From assembly GCA_044450345.1 (NCBI GenBank), contig JBIOIY010000025.1, positions 1 to 40,107 of the forward strand: DNA of 40,107 bases. Direction: 5' to 3'. Within the stretch, counting starts at the first letter, position 1, and each line of letters starts with the position of its first letter. Of this stretch, positions 26,658 to 37,459 are shown piece by piece. The position numbers and the translations under genes are program-made. Source of the DNA: Thermodesulfovibrionales bacterium. GTDB taxonomy: Bacteria; Nitrospirota; Thermodesulfovibrionia; Thermodesulfovibrionales; UBA6898. The notes beneath the pieces were generated by a model. The model worked only from the letters and a program-made list of their open reading frames with translations. It ran no database searches and was not told the origin of the DNA.

Positions 26658-27608
26658 ATGAAAGATATCATCATCCCCCTCATCGCGGTATTCGGGGTGC
26701 TCGGTGTGGTGATGACTATCGCTGCCGGACTCATCTGGCTTGAGCGGCGTATGCTCGGACTCTGGCAAGACCGCTACGGACCCAACAGGGTCGGACCCTT
26801 CGGCCTGCTGCAGGTCGTCGCGGATATGATAAAGGTCTTCACAAAGGAAGACTGGATACCGCCCTTTGCCGATAAGCCGGTATTCATCATCGCACCTGCC
26901 ATGATCATGTTTACTGTTTTGATGACCTTTGCGGTGATACCCTATACGGCGGCGTTCCATGTGGTCGACCTGAACATTGGGCTTCTCTTTTTCCTGGCGA
27001 TGTCGTCGCTCGGGGTATACAGCGTGACGCTGGCCGGATGGGCGTCGGACAGCAAATATTCGCTGCTCGGCGGCCTGCGGGCAGCTGCCCAGATGCTGAG
27101 CTACGAGGTGTATATGGGACTATCTCTTATGGGTGTGGTGATGCTGAGCGGTTCCTTTAACCTGCGCGAGATCGTCGAGGCGCAGAAGGGCTTGTGGTTC
27201 TGCATCCCGCAGTTCCTCGGCTTTGTAGTGTTTCTGATCGCCGGCGTGGCAGAGACCCATCGCCTTCCCTTCGACCTGCCCGAGGCGGAAAGTGAACTGG
27301 TGGCCGGGTTCCATGTCGAGTATTCCGGTATGAAGTTCGGCATGTTCTTCGTGGGAGAATATCTCGGGATCACGCTCATTTCTGCGATGATCGCGACGCT
27401 CTTTTTCGGGGGATGGCTTGGACCTGTGCTGCCGCCGATTATCTGGTTCCTGATAAAAATGTTCGCATTCATCTGTTTTTTTGTCCTGCTCCGTGCTTCT
27501 CTGCCGAGGCCGAGATATGACCAGCTTATGTCTTACGGCTGGAAGGTGCTGTTTCCGCTTTCGCTTCTGAATCTGATCGTGACAGGGGGTGTCCTGCTTG
27601 CACGCTGA
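26658..27608 (+). CDS. nuoH: NADH-quinone oxidoreductase subunit H
   Basis: [20 protein letters not shown] and RPRYDQ. Confidence 0.96.
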   Translation: MKDIIIPLIAVFGVLGVVMTIAAGLIWLERRMLGLWQDRYGPNRVGPFGLLQVVADMIKVFTKEDWIPPFADKPVFIIAPAMIMFTVLMTFAVIPYTAAFHVVDLNIGLLFFLAMSSLGVYSVTLAGWASDSKYSLLGGLRAAAQMLSYEVYMGLSLMGVVMLSGSFNLREIVEAQKGLWFCIPQFLGFVVFLIAGVAETHRLPFDLPEAESELVAGFHVEYSGMKFGMFFVGEYLGITLISAMIATLFFGGWLGPVLPPIIWFLIKMFAFICFFVLLRASLPRPRYDQLMSYGWKVLFPLSLLNLIVTGGVLLAR

Positions 27609-27616
27609 GGGAAGAT

Positions 27617-28132
27617 ATGTTTAGTCTGCTGAGAACATTGTGGATGGTGTTTCTTCACACGTTCCGGAAAAGGGTGACGATTCTCTATCCGGAGGAGAAA
27701 CCTTCCATCCCGCCGAGATGGCGCGGAAGGATCATCCTGTCACGCGATCCTGACGGCGCCGAGCGCTGCGTCGCATGCTATCTCTGTGCTGTCGCCTGTC
27801 CGGTGGACTGCATATCGCTCCAGGCGACGGAAGACGAGCACGGAAGGCGCTACCCTGAATTCTTCAGGATCAATTTTTCGCGCTGCATATTCTGCGGCTT
27901 CTGCGAGGAGGCATGTCCTACGTATGCGATACAACTCACTCCCGATTTCGAGATGTGCGAGTACGACCGTCAAAACCTGGTCTACGAGAAGGAGGACCTT
28001 CTGATCAGCGGGCCGGGGAAGTATCACGACTACAATTTTTACAAGGTCGCCGGGCTCGCGATTGGGGGGAAGGACAAGGGCCAGGCCGAAAACGAGGGGC
28101 CGCCTGTGGATGTGAGGGGACTGATGCCATGA
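27617..28132 (+). CDS. nuoI: NADH-quinone oxidoreductase subunit I
   Basis: Two CxxCxxCxxxCP motifs and YPEE. Confidence 0.96.
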   Translation: MFSLLRTLWMVFLHTFRKRVTILYPEEKPSIPPRWRGRIILSRDPDGAERCVACYLCAVACPVDCISLQATEDEHGRRYPEFFRINFSRCIFCGFCEEACPTYAIQLTPDFEMCEYDRQNLVYEKEDLLISGPGKYHDYNFYKVAGLAIGGKDKGQAENEGPPVDVRGLMP

Positions 28133-28647
28133 GCACTGTCTTTTATTTGTCCGCTGTCGTTGCGGTCATCGCGACGGTCATGGTCGTCACGAGAGTGAAT
28201 GCGGTGCACGCGCTGCTCTACTTCATCGTCTCTCTCTTGTCGGTCGCGCTGCTCTTTTTCTTGCTCGGAGCTCCGTTTATTGCTGCACTCGAGGTGATTA
28301 TCTATGCGGGGGCGATCATGGTCCTTTTCGTCTTCGTGATCATGCTGCTCAACATTGGAAGCGAGGCCGCCCGGAAGGAAAAGCAGCTCCTCAGTCCGCA
28401 GCTATGGACGGGGCCTGCCGTTCTTTCCACGGTATTGCTCGGAGAATTCGTTTATGTGTTCGGGCACGGAGGCGCCCGGGGAGGAGGTATCGGCATCGTG
28501 GGTCCCAAGGAGGTCGGGATCTCGCTTCTGACAAAGTATGTGATCGGGGTGGAGCTTGCCTCCATGCTTCTTCTTGCGGGGCTTGTCGGGGCCTACCATC
28601 TCGGAAGACGGAAAGAGGCCGGCCGGGAAAGGGGAGAAAGGTCATGA
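28129..28647 (+). CDS. nuoJ: NADH-quinone oxidoreductase subunit J
   Basis: [18 protein letters not shown] and [12 protein letters not shown] overlap with nuoI. Confidence 0.93.
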   Translation: MSTVFYLSAVVAVIATVMVVTRVNAVHALLYFIVSLLSVALLFFLLGAPFIAALEVIIYAGAIMVLFVFVIMLLNIGSEAARKEKQLLSPQLWTGPAVLSTVLLGEFVYVFGHGGARGGGIGIVGPKEVGISLLTKYVIGVELASMLLLAGLVGAYHLGRRKEAGRERGERS

Positions 28648-28955
28648 CTCAGGACATATATCTGAACCACGGTCTCATCCTTGCCTCGGTGCTTTTCGCG
28701 CTGGGACTTTTCGGTGTGCTTGCGAGGAGAAACATTATTTTTATTCTGTTATCGATAGAGGTGATGTTGAACGCCGCGGGACTCGCCTTTGTGGTCGCAG
28801 GGGCGAAATGGGGGGAGGCGGACGGCCAGGTGATGTTCATCTTTATCCTGGTGATGGCCGCTGCCGAGGTCTCGGTCGGGCTCGCGCTCATGCTCAGGAT
28901 GTACCATATACTCAAAACGCTGGACGCTGATGCAGCCAGCAGGATGAACGGGTAA
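28644..28955 (+). CDS. nuoK: NADH-quinone oxidoreductase subunit K
   Basis: RRNI, IEVMLNA and [15 protein letters not shown] overlap with nuoJ. Confidence 0.93.
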   Translation: MTQDIYLNHGLILASVLFALGLFGVLARRNIIFILLSIEVMLNAAGLAFVVAGAKWGEADGQVMFIFILVMAAAEVSVGLALMLRMYHILKTLDADAASRMNG

Positions 28956-28956
28956 T

Positions 28957-30849
28957 ATGCTCGAAATACTGTGGTTGATTCCGGCGCTCCCTTTCGTCGG
29001 GTTCCTCGTACTGACGATTGCAGGCCGTATTCTTTCACGCGGCGGGGTCGCCGCGGTCGGGGTGGGTTCGGTCGGACTTTCGTGCATTGTTGCATTTGGG
29101 GTAGCCGCAGGTTTTATCGGCCAACCTCAGCCCGGATATTTCTACGTCCAGCGGCTCTGGGTATGGTTGTCGGTCGGCGGGTTCACCCCGGAAATTTCTC
29201 TCTATCTCGATGCGCTCTCTCTCGTCATGATGCTGGTCGTCACCTTTGTCGGATTCTTAATTCATCTCTATTCCTCGGAATTCATGATTGAAGAAGAGGG
29301 TTACGGCAGGTTTTTCGCGTATATGAACCTCTTCGTCGGATCGATGCTTACCCTCGTCCTCGCGGACAATCTTCTGCTGCTTTATCTCGGCTGGGAGGGG
29401 GTGGGTCTCTGCAGCTATCTCCTTATCGGTTTCTGGTATAAGGACCCTGCAAACGGACGCGCCGCGAGAAAGGCCTTTGTTGTCACCCGGGTCGGAGACA
29501 CCGCGATGAGTATCGGCCTCTTTCTCCTCTTTACGAACCTCGGTACGCTGCAGATACAGGAACTCATGAGCCTCGCGGCTGAGCGGTGGGCGGTCGGCTC
29601 CGGCCTGGCTGTTGCAGCTGCTGCGCTGTTGCTCGGAGGGGCCCTCGGAAAGTCTGCCCAGCTTCCTCTCCAGACATGGCTGCCTGATGCAATGGCAGGC
29701 CCGACGCCCGTCAGCGCCCTCATCCACGCCGCGACCATGGTTACTGCGGGGGTTTATCTGATCGCAAGGACCCATCTGCTTTTTACCCTTGCCCCTGTGG
29801 TACAGGCGGCTGTCGCAGTCATCGGCGCTCTTACGCTCCTGGTTGCCGGGTGCAGTGCCCTCACGCAGAGGGACATCAAGCGTGTCCTTGCCTATTCAAC
29901 GATCAGCCAGATCGGGTATATGTTCCTGGCGCTCGGCGTCGGGGCCTGGTCCGCTGCGATATTTCATTTTATGACGCATGCATTTTTTAAGGCCCTTCTC
30001 TTTCTTGGAGCCGGGATGGTTATCGTCAGTCTTGATCATGAGCACGACATGTTTAAGATGGGGGGGCTACGGTCCCAACTCCCGGTCGTGTTCTGGGCCT
30101 TTCTCATAGGAGCGTGCTCGCTGTCGGCGCTTCCGTTTATTACCGCCGGATTCTACAGCAAAGACCTTATCCTCTTTTATTCGCTGGCTTCCCCTCTTGG
30201 GAATAGATTGCTTTGGACGGCGGGTGTACTGGGGGCGTTCATTACTTCTCTTTATACCTTCCGGATGGTCTTTATAACCTTCTTTGGAGAAGCGAAATCG
30301 CAAGTTGACAGAAGGCCTGGCACGATGATGACGGTCCCAGTGGCGATACTTGCCGCGCTTTCCGTTGTAGCGGGATTTGTAGAGCTGCCGCCCTCATTCG
30401 GCGACATCAGGATATTTTCTACACTCATGAATAAGGCTTTGCCTGCCGCTGCCGTGAGGGCCGGCGCCTCTGAAGCCGAGACTACTTTAATGGCCTTTGC
30501 TGCGATTGTCTCTCTTCTCGGCATATTCTTCGCCTATCTCTTATTTTTCGTGAAACCGCGATATGCCGACTCCCTGACAAATACCCTGCCCGGCCGGCTG
30601 CTTAACCGTTTCTGGTATGCGGGGTGGGGATTCGATTGGGTCTATGAGACCTTCCTCGTCAGGCCTTTTGTCTGGTTTGCACGCATCAACAAGGACGATT
30701 GTATCGATCTTGTATATCTCGGAACCATCTGGTTGGCCGGGCGTTTCAATAATCTGCTGAGCGTTTCGCAGAACGGAAAGGTACGGATCTATGCTGCGGG
30801 GATCGCCTTTGGCGCAGTGCTCGTAATTGCGATCGCGGTGTTCTTATGA
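28957..30849 (+). CDS. nuoL: NADH-quinone oxidoreductase subunit L
   Basis: GWEGVGLCSY, GKSAQLPLQTWLPDAMAGPTPVSALIHAATMV and HAFFKAL. Confidence 0.97.
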   Translation: MLEILWLIPALPFVGFLVLTIAGRILSRGGVAAVGVGSVGLSCIVAFGVAAGFIGQPQPGYFYVQRLWVWLSVGGFTPEISLYLDALSLVMMLVVTFVGFLIHLYSSEFMIEEEGYGRFFAYMNLFVGSMLTLVLADNLLLLYLGWEGVGLCSYLLIGFWYKDPANGRAARKAFVVTRVGDTAMSIGLFLLFTNLGTLQIQELMSLAAERWAVGSGLAVAAAALLLGGALGKSAQLPLQTWLPDAMAGPTPVSALIHAATMVTAGVYLIARTHLLFTLAPVVQAAVAVIGALTLLVAGCSALTQRDIKRVLAYSTISQIGYMFLALGVGAWSAAIFHFMTHAFFKALLFLGAGMVIVSLDHEHDMFKMGGLRSQLPVVFWAFLIGACSLSALPFITAGFYSKDLILFYSLASPLGNRLLWTAGVLGAFITSLYTFRMVFITFFGEAKSQVDRRPGTMMTVPVAILAALSVVAGFVELPPSFGDIRIFSTLMNKALPAAAVRAGASEAETTLMAFAAIVSLLGIFFAYLLFFVKPRYADSLTNTLPGRLLNRFWYAGWGFDWVYETFLVRPFVWFARINKDDCIDLVYLGTIWLAGRFNNLLSVSQNGKVRIYAAGIAFGAVLVIAIAVFL

Positions 30850-32396
30850 TACTTCTCTGGCTGATCATAATGCCCATTGCGGGAGGAGTTATCTCCTGGT
30901 ATGCAGGCCGCATCCGGGCGGTCTGGCCTCGCTGGGTATCTCTCATCACGGCGCTGCTTATGGTATGGGTCTCCGTCAATATCTGGATAGGGCATTATGC
31001 CTCGCTCAAGGAAATGGACCTTCATGGTCCCTGGATACTGGAAGTACGCCTGAACTGGATACCCCAGATAGGCGCCGGGTTTCACCTGGCTGCAGACGGC
31101 CTGAGTCTCATTCTCGTGCTCCTTACCTCCTTTCTCGGACTGGCAGCGGTCGTCTCATCATGGACCGAGATCAGGGAAAGGACCGGCTTCTTTCACTTGA
31201 ACCTGCTGTGGATACTTGCCGGTATCACCGGCGTCTTTCTTTCGATTGACCTCTTTCTCTTCTATTTCTTCTGGGAACTGATGCTTGTGCCGATGTATTT
31301 CCTGATCGCCCTCTGGGGCCATGAAAACCGGGGGTATGCGTCCTTTAAATTTTTTATATTCACCCAGGCCGGAGGCCTGCTGATGCTGATAGCCATCCTC
31401 GGCCTCTACTTCGTACATGGAAGGGCAACCGGTAGCTACTCGTTCGATTATATGGAGCTTCTGGGTACGCCGATGACGGCCGGGACCGGGTTCTGGCTCA
31501 TGCTCGGTTTTTTCGCAGCGTTTGCGGTCAAGCTTCCCGTGGTGCCGTTTCACAACTGGCTGCCGGATGCGCATACCGAGGCCCCCACCGCCGGCAGTGT
31601 TATCCTTGCGGGCCTGTTGCTGAAGACCGGGGCATACGGTCTTATACGGTTTGTCGTTCCTCTGTTCCCTCAAGCCGCCGGGGAATTTGCGCCGGCAGCG
31701 ATAATTATGGGGGTTGTCGGTATTCTCTACGGTGCGGTAACGGCGTTCGGCCAGACTGACTTGAAGCGGCTTGTGGCGTACACGAGCGTAAGCCACATGG
31801 GCTTTGTGCTCCTCGGGGTCTTCGTCCGGAGCGAAATCGCGCTGCAGGGAGCGGTCATGCAGATTATCTGCCACGGGCTTGCCACCGGTGCTCTCTTCAT
31901 CATAGTCGGCGCACTCCAGGAGCGGATCAATACTCGCGATATGTCCCGTATGGGCGGTTTGTGGGAGTCTGCTCCGCGCATGGCCGGGGCGGCGCTCTTC
32001 TTTGCCCTTGCCTCTCTCGGCCTGCCGGGCCTGGGAAATTTTGTCGGCGAGTTTCTCGTCCTTCTCGGAGTATATAAAACAAATATTGCGGTGGCCACCG
32101 TTGCTGCGACCGGGATCATCGCGGCGACTATCTATTCTCTCTGGATGGTACAACGGGCATTCCATGGACCGAACGTACAGAACTGGAGTATCCCCGATCT
32201 TTCCTTCCGGGAGACGGTCGTGCTGGCCGCTATGATCGTATCGCTGGTCTGGTTGGGTCTGTTTCCCCAGCCTGTATTCGATACATCGAGTCAGGCGCTG
32301 AAGAATATGACGATAATGGGAGTCCGCGAAGAGGAGAGTGTACAGCTCGACGGTGGCACGGGCCTGACGAATATTGACGGGGGAATCACTCAATGA
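30846..32396 (+). CDS. nuoM: NADH-quinone oxidoreductase subunit M
   Basis: FWELMLVP, WLPDAHTEAPT, AYTSVSHMG and LPGLGNFVGEF. Confidence 0.97.
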   Translation: MILLWLIIMPIAGGVISWYAGRIRAVWPRWVSLITALLMVWVSVNIWIGHYASLKEMDLHGPWILEVRLNWIPQIGAGFHLAADGLSLILVLLTSFLGLAAVVSSWTEIRERTGFFHLNLLWILAGITGVFLSIDLFLFYFFWELMLVPMYFLIALWGHENRGYASFKFFIFTQAGGLLMLIAILGLYFVHGRATGSYSFDYMELLGTPMTAGTGFWLMLGFFAAFAVKLPVVPFHNWLPDAHTEAPTAGSVILAGLLLKTGAYGLIRFVVPLFPQAAGEFAPAAIIMGVVGILYGAVTAFGQTDLKRLVAYTSVSHMGFVLLGVFVRSEIALQGAVMQIICHGLATGALFIIVGALQERINTRDMSRMGGLWESAPRMAGAALFFALASLGLPGLGNFVGEFLVLLGVYKTNIAVATVAATGIIAATIYSLWMVQRAFHGPNVQNWSIPDLSFRETVVLAAMIVSLVWLGLFPQPVFDTSSQALKNMTIMGVREEESVQLDGGTGLTNIDGGITQ

Positions 32397-33823
32397 CTGC
32401 CTCAGATATGATAGCCCTGTTGCCGTTCATCATCATAGCCGCTGCCCCAATTGCGGTCATGATGCTCATCGCCTTCTACCGGACTCACGCTCTCACCGTC
32501 CTGCTTACTATGGCGGGGTTTGCCGCGTCGTTTATTGCGCTCTTTTATTCCTCCTCCGTTATCCCGCGTACTGTAACGCCGTTGCTCGTCCTTGACGGCT
32601 ATGCATTTTTTTATATCGGATTGATACTGGTTGCGGGTTTTATCGTCTCGGCCCTATCATACGGCTATCTCGACGGCCGCGGTGAAGACCCCGAGGAGTT
32701 CTATCTGCTCCTGCTTATGGCGACCCTCGGCGCGATGGTGCTGGCAGCCGGGGGACATTTTGTCTCTTTCTTCCTCGGGCTCGAGATCCTTAGCGTCTCA
32801 CTTTATTCGATGGTAGCATATGTACGAACCGCCGAAAAAGGAAACGAGGCCGGGATAAAGTATCTTGTCCTTGCGGCTGTCTCCGCAGCCTTTCTTCTGT
32901 TCGGGATGGCGCTCGTGTATGCGAAATTCGGGACCATGGAATTCTCGCGGATCGCAGGAAAGGCGGCCGAAGCAGGGGGCGATCCACTGGTCCTGGCGGG
33001 CTTTGCGCTGATCGTTGTCGGCATTGGATTCAAACTCGCGCTCGTCCCGTTCCATATGTGGACGCCCGATGTTTATGAAGGCGCGCCTGCGCCTGTTACC
33101 GCATACATCGCAACTGTCTCGAAAGGCGCTGTTTTCGCACTGCTGCTCAGGTACCTTGGAGGGGCGTTGATACATGGCAGCCGCACGCTCTTTCTTGTTT
33201 TTACGCTGATATCGATCGCATCGATGTTCACGGGCAATCTCCTGGCCCTGCTTCAACAGAACGTGAAGCGTATCCTCGCCTATTCATCGATCGCGCACCT
33301 CGGCTATCTGCTTGTTGCCTTTCTTGCAGGTGGGCGGCTGGCGGTGACTGCGGTGAGCTATTATCTGGCGGCCTATTTTGTGACGACGCTCGGAGCCTTT
33401 AGCGTCATTACGGCGATGTCGGGCAGGGAAAGGGACGCTGACGAGATCGATGACTACCGCGGGCTTGCCGCTGCGCGGCCGTGGCTTGCCGGCTCGTTCA
33501 CGGTCATGCTCTTGTCGCTTGCGGGCATCCCGCTGACTGCGGGGTTCCTGGGGAAATTTTACGTAGTAGCTGCAGGGGCGGATGCGGCCCTCTGGCTGCT
33601 TGTCGTAATACTTGCGGTAAACAGCACAATAGGCCTGTTCTATTATCTGCGGATCGTTGCCGTTATGTTTACGCAAGCGGGAGATCGAAGGAGACTTTAT
33701 GGACCGGTATCGCTTTCAGGTGGAATGGTGACGGCTTTGCTTGTCGCCGCGCTTTTTTGGCTCGGGATATGTCCGTCATTTCTGATACGCATTATTAATA
33801 GTGCCGTAGCCGGGTTCATCTGA
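32393..33823 (+). CDS. nuoN: NADH-quinone oxidoreductase subunit N
   Basis: EAGIKY, PFHMWTPDVYEGAP, AYSSIAH and GIPLTAGF. Confidence 0.97.
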   Translation: MTASDMIALLPFIIIAAAPIAVMMLIAFYRTHALTVLLTMAGFAASFIALFYSSSVIPRTVTPLLVLDGYAFFYIGLILVAGFIVSALSYGYLDGRGEDPEEFYLLLLMATLGAMVLAAGGHFVSFFLGLEILSVSLYSMVAYVRTAEKGNEAGIKYLVLAAVSAAFLLFGMALVYAKFGTMEFSRIAGKAAEAGGDPLVLAGFALIVVGIGFKLALVPFHMWTPDVYEGAPAPVTAYIATVSKGAVFALLLRYLGGALIHGSRTLFLVFTLISIASMFTGNLLALLQQNVKRILAYSSIAHLGYLLVAFLAGGRLAVTAVSYYLAAYFVTTLGAFSVITAMSGRERDADEIDDYRGLAAARPWLAGSFTVMLLSLAGIPLTAGFLGKFYVVAAGADAALWLLVVILAVNSTIGLFYYLRIVAVMFTQAGDRRRLYGPVSLSGGMVTALLVAALFWLGICPSFLIRIINSAVAGFI

Positions 33824-34107
33824 AAGCCATATGGTCCGGGTCTATCCCATGATGCATTCGTGAATAATCCGGGCTAAGCTTGGGTGAACTGCATATTATT
33901 GTCTGTCCGGCGGCTAAAAAACAGGATAGAAATTCTCGTGTATTCTCGGGCAGATAGCGATCATGTAGGACAAAGACCTACGTGATACGTGCCAAATTCC
34001 TACAAAAAAAACAGACTCGCACGGATATTTTTTGCCGATTTGCATACTTTATGATGGGGTATCAAACTACAATTCTAGAGATTCAGGATACAAGAAAGGG
34101 GTATACA

Positions 34108-35727
34108 ATGGGCAAGATAACGGATGTGCTTGAGTATTCCGACGAATATGTTGAAAGGGAAGATGTCGAATTTCTGGAGCATGGAGAAAGGGAAGAAGAC
34201 CGCGGAATCCTCTGGACGAATGATGAAGAAGACGAAAATGGAGGCGATGAGGAAAAGCAGGAATCCGTCATCGACAGTGATTATGAGCCCCTAAAGATGT
34301 ACCTCAAAGAGATGGGCAGTATTCCGTTGCTGACGAGGGAAGGCGAGATAGAGATGGCGAAAAAAATAGAAAAGGGACGGGAAAAGCTGATGAAGATAAT
34401 ATTTTCTGTCCCCTTTGCCCTTGAAAGGCTGATCGCCATCGGCGAATCAGTGAAGAACGGGGAAGCGGCGTTGGACGATTTCGTGCAAAATGCCGGTAGT
34501 TCCGAAGATGCGGTCATGTATGAAACGAGGAAGTTTGTGGCCGCGATGGACCAGATCAGAGGTCTGTATAGGAGGACGAGACAGCAACCAAAGGGTAAAA
34601 ACTCCGGGGGGGGGAAACCCCCGTCTGGAGTGAAAAACGGCCATTCCAGCAGGGATAAGATGCTCACACTTATTAGCGGCCTGCGTATGAAAGAAGGCTT
34701 TATGTATTCGTTCTATGAAGAACTGGAGATGGCTATTAGACGGATAGAAGATACGAACAACGAGCTCATTTCCATAAGCAGAAGGCTGAGGGCAGCGGGA
34801 TATACTGTAAGCGACAACGGCACAAGGGGCACTGTTCGGGTCTCATCGAAGCAGGGCAAAGCGGATTCCAAGAACCATCTGGTGAAGATATATCGGGAAT
34901 ACAGGGACAAGATAGCCGAATGCGAACAGTCGATCGGCATAGATTATGCAGTGATGAAGAACGTCGTTAAGGTCTTTGCCGCCTGCATGGATGAGATATC
35001 CGACGCAAAAAAGTTGATGGTAGAGGCCAATCTTAGACTCGTTATCAGTATCGCCAAAAGGTATATGGGGAAAGGCCTGAGCTTTTCTGATCTTATACAG
35101 GAAGGGAACATTGGGCTTATGAGGGCCGTCGATAAATTCGAGTACCAGAGAGGCTATAAGTTCAGCACGTATGCTACCTGGTGGGTCAGACAGACGATAA
35201 CGAGGGCGCTCACCGACCAGTCCAGAACGATAAGGATCCCGGTGCATATGGGCGAAGTTATTGCCCGTGTATCGAGGGTGACGAGAGAACTGGTGCAGGA
35301 ACAGGGCTGTGAACCTCTTCCGGAGGATATCGCCGCGAGGATTAACATGCCCCTGGCGAAGGTCAAGACTATAATGAAGGTATCGAAGGAACCTGTCTCC
35401 CTGGAGACCCCTATCGGTGAAGAGGAGGACAGTCATCTCGGGGACCTAATCGAAGACAAGTCAACGCCTTCTCCTCTTCAGAGGGCCATCCACCACGACC
35501 TTAAACAGCAGATTGAAGAAGTGCTTCATAATCTCAGTCCGAAGGAGGCGAAGATTTTACGGAGGAGGTTCGGTATAGGGGAGGATTCGACGCGGACCCT
35601 GGAGGAACTCGGCCAGGAATTCGACGTGACTCGCGAGAGGATAAGACAGATAGAGGTCAAGGCCATACGGAAACTCAGGCATCCTTCCAGGAGCGGGCAT
35701 CTTAAACTCTTTCTGGAAACCAGATAG
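34108..35727 (+). CDS. RpoD-like sigma-70 factor lacking region 1.1
   Basis: Region 1.2 YLKEMG...LLTREGE, a non-conserved region, [25 protein letters not shown] and TRERIRQIE. Start ATG 34108 after AAAGGGG. Confidence 0.9.
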   Translation: MGKITDVLEYSDEYVEREDVEFLEHGEREEDRGILWTNDEEDENGGDEEKQESVIDSDYEPLKMYLKEMGSIPLLTREGEIEMAKKIEKGREKLMKIIFSVPFALERLIAIGESVKNGEAALDDFVQNAGSSEDAVMYETRKFVAAMDQIRGLYRRTRQQPKGKNSGGGKPPSGVKNGHSSRDKMLTLISGLRMKEGFMYSFYEELEMAIRRIEDTNNELISISRRLRAAGYTVSDNGTRGTVRVSSKQGKADSKNHLVKIYREYRDKIAECEQSIGIDYAVMKNVVKVFAACMDEISDAKKLMVEANLRLVISIAKRYMGKGLSFSDLIQEGNIGLMRAVDKFEYQRGYKFSTYATWWVRQTITRALTDQSRTIRIPVHMGEVIARVSRVTRELVQEQGCEPLPEDIAARINMPLAKVKTIMKVSKEPVSLETPIGEEEDSHLGDLIEDKSTPSPLQRAIHHDLKQQIEEVLHNLSPKEAKILRRRFGIGEDSTRTLEELGQEFDVTRERIRQIEVKAIRKLRHPSRSGHLKLFLETR

Positions 35728-35759
35728 GTAAAAAGTTCATCGCATATAATTGCATGAGA

Positions 35760-35791
35760 TGCGGGGACACCGGATATGCGGTGTCCCCGCA
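35760..35791. terminator. Perfect 13-bp hairpin between convergent genes (terminator or REP-like)
   Basis: TGCGGGGACACCG-GATATG-CGGTGTCCCCGCA, with no clear U-tract. Confidence 0.5.
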
Positions 35792-35826
35792 CCTGTGTGT
35801 CACTGTCAGTCACTCTGTTTTATCTC

Positions 35827-36789
35827 TCAAGGGATTAATACGATTTTCCCATGGGCGCTCGTCTCCATGACCTCATGGTGTGCCGGGACGGCTTCCGAAA
35901 GCGGCAGCTCCTTTCCTACAACAGGACGCAGTGTCCCGTTTTCGAGCCCGGCCGAAATAGCGGAATGGATACTGTTGAGTTCGTCCTCTGTAGCATGCAG
36001 GATCACCATACCTAGGATCGATGCTCCACGGCGCATTATATCTCTAGGATCGATCTCGACCTTGCCCCTGCTGCCGACGACGACCACCCTCCCGCCCTGT
36101 GCCAGTGTTCTGAGATCATTTCCGAGGTTTACATTGGCAAGCATCTCGATAATCACGTCAACACCCCTGTTGTCCGTAGATTCCAATATCTTGTCCATAT
36201 AGCCGATTGAGAGATGGTTGAATACATGGTGTGCCCCCTGTTCCAGTGCAACGAGACGGCCCATTTCAGTTCCTGCAGTTCCGATCACCTGCATTCCTGC
36301 AGCGCGGGCGAGCTGTACCGCTGCAATGCCGACTCCTCCGCTTGCGCCGTGCACAAGCACGGCCTCTCCCGGCACCGCCAGGCCGCGCTGAAAAAGGGCG
36401 TGATATGCAGCGGCGTAAGGGATTCCGACTGCAGCACCCTGGGCGAAAGAGACCCGTTCCGCAAGAGAATGCACCTGAGGCTCGTTGCAGAGCACCTTTT
36501 CGGCGTAGGAACCGCTGAGAGTCCCGGAAATATAGACCCTGTCTCCCATCTTAAACCGTCTCACCTCATCGCCGACAGATTCGATGATGCCCGCCGCATC
36601 CATGCCCGGCGTGTACGGCAATTCCGGTTTAAGTGCGTAAAGCCCTGACCTGATGTAGGTATCGACCGGATTGACCCCCGCCGCGTATATCCTGATAACG
36701 AGTTGACCACGACCCGGCTTAGGCTCCTCGACGTCATCGATCCTCATAACCTCAGGTTCCCCGAATGCATGTACCCGTATGGCCTTCAT
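35827..36789 (-). CDS. NADPH:quinone oxidoreductase (zeta-crystallin-like MDR)
   Basis: AAGVNPVD, PYTPGMD, VHGASGGVG and GKIVL, with no catalytic Zn ligands. Confidence 0.92.
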   Translation of the reverse strand: MKAIRVHAFGEPEVMRIDDVEEPKPGRGQLVIRIYAAGVNPVDTYIRSGLYALKPELPYTPGMDAAGIIESVGDEVRRFKMGDRVYISGTLSGSYAEKVLCNEPQVHSLAERVSFAQGAAVGIPYAAAYHALFQRGLAVPGEAVLVHGASGGVGIAAVQLARAAGMQVIGTAGTEMGRLVALEQGAHHVFNHLSIGYMDKILESTDNRGVDVIIEMLANVNLGNDLRTLAQGGRVVVVGSRGKVEIDPRDIMRRGASILGMVILHATEDELNSIHSAISAGLENGTLRPVVGKELPLSEAVPAHHEVMETSAHGKIVLIP

Positions 36790-37459
36790 TTTTCCTCCTT
36801 GCGCTATAGGTATATTTTCTGCCGGAATTCCACTTTTGCAAGGAATTTTTTATGCCGAAAGAAGGAAGGTCCGCCAAAGAGTGAAACCCCGGCCGAGATT
36901 TTCCGGAGAGAACAGAAAGATATCTTCGATTAAAGCTCAGGACGACTTTCAAACGGGAATAAGAAGTGTGCAGAACTTCTCTTCACCAATTTTGATTTCT
37001 TGAACCTGTTACTTTCCGTTTCCACTCAGCACTTTCGGAAGATGAGAGCCGACGTCCATTTCTCCCTATAACCCTCGGTGAAAGCTTCCCCGCTAAAATG
37101 ACAACTTTCGAACCAAAAGATACAAGGTGCCAGCGGCAAATCATGCCATCTATACCATAGACGCAACAGATGAAGAACTGGAAAAGTTGGGCGCGGATCT
37201 GGGAGAATTCCTTTAAGAAACCAGCATGAGAATCGGAGGGCAGGGGACGTTCTTTGAACTTATGTTAATAATGACGCTAGTTGAAAGGGGGTTCCTTTGC
37301 TTATAAACAACCGTCGCGTGCTATATTAATATGTGGTCTGACATTTTTAGTCTAAAGCCGTAATTTTATAACAGAAGTTGAGAATGATATGAAAAACAGT
37401 ATCACATCTTTGTTGAAAGACATTGATGAACCCTTTGTGACGGACATACAACCACGCTT

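Noticed and set aside
33859..33878. TCGTGAATAATCCGGGCTAA resembling a mobile-element end
   Set aside because: Single occurrence in the window with no partner end, so it cannot be supported.
33982..34050. Possible sigma54 promoter, and an upstream GTG start for the sigma factor
   Set aside because: TGGCAC on the minus strand lacks a correctly spaced TTGC. ATG 34108 has the better SD.
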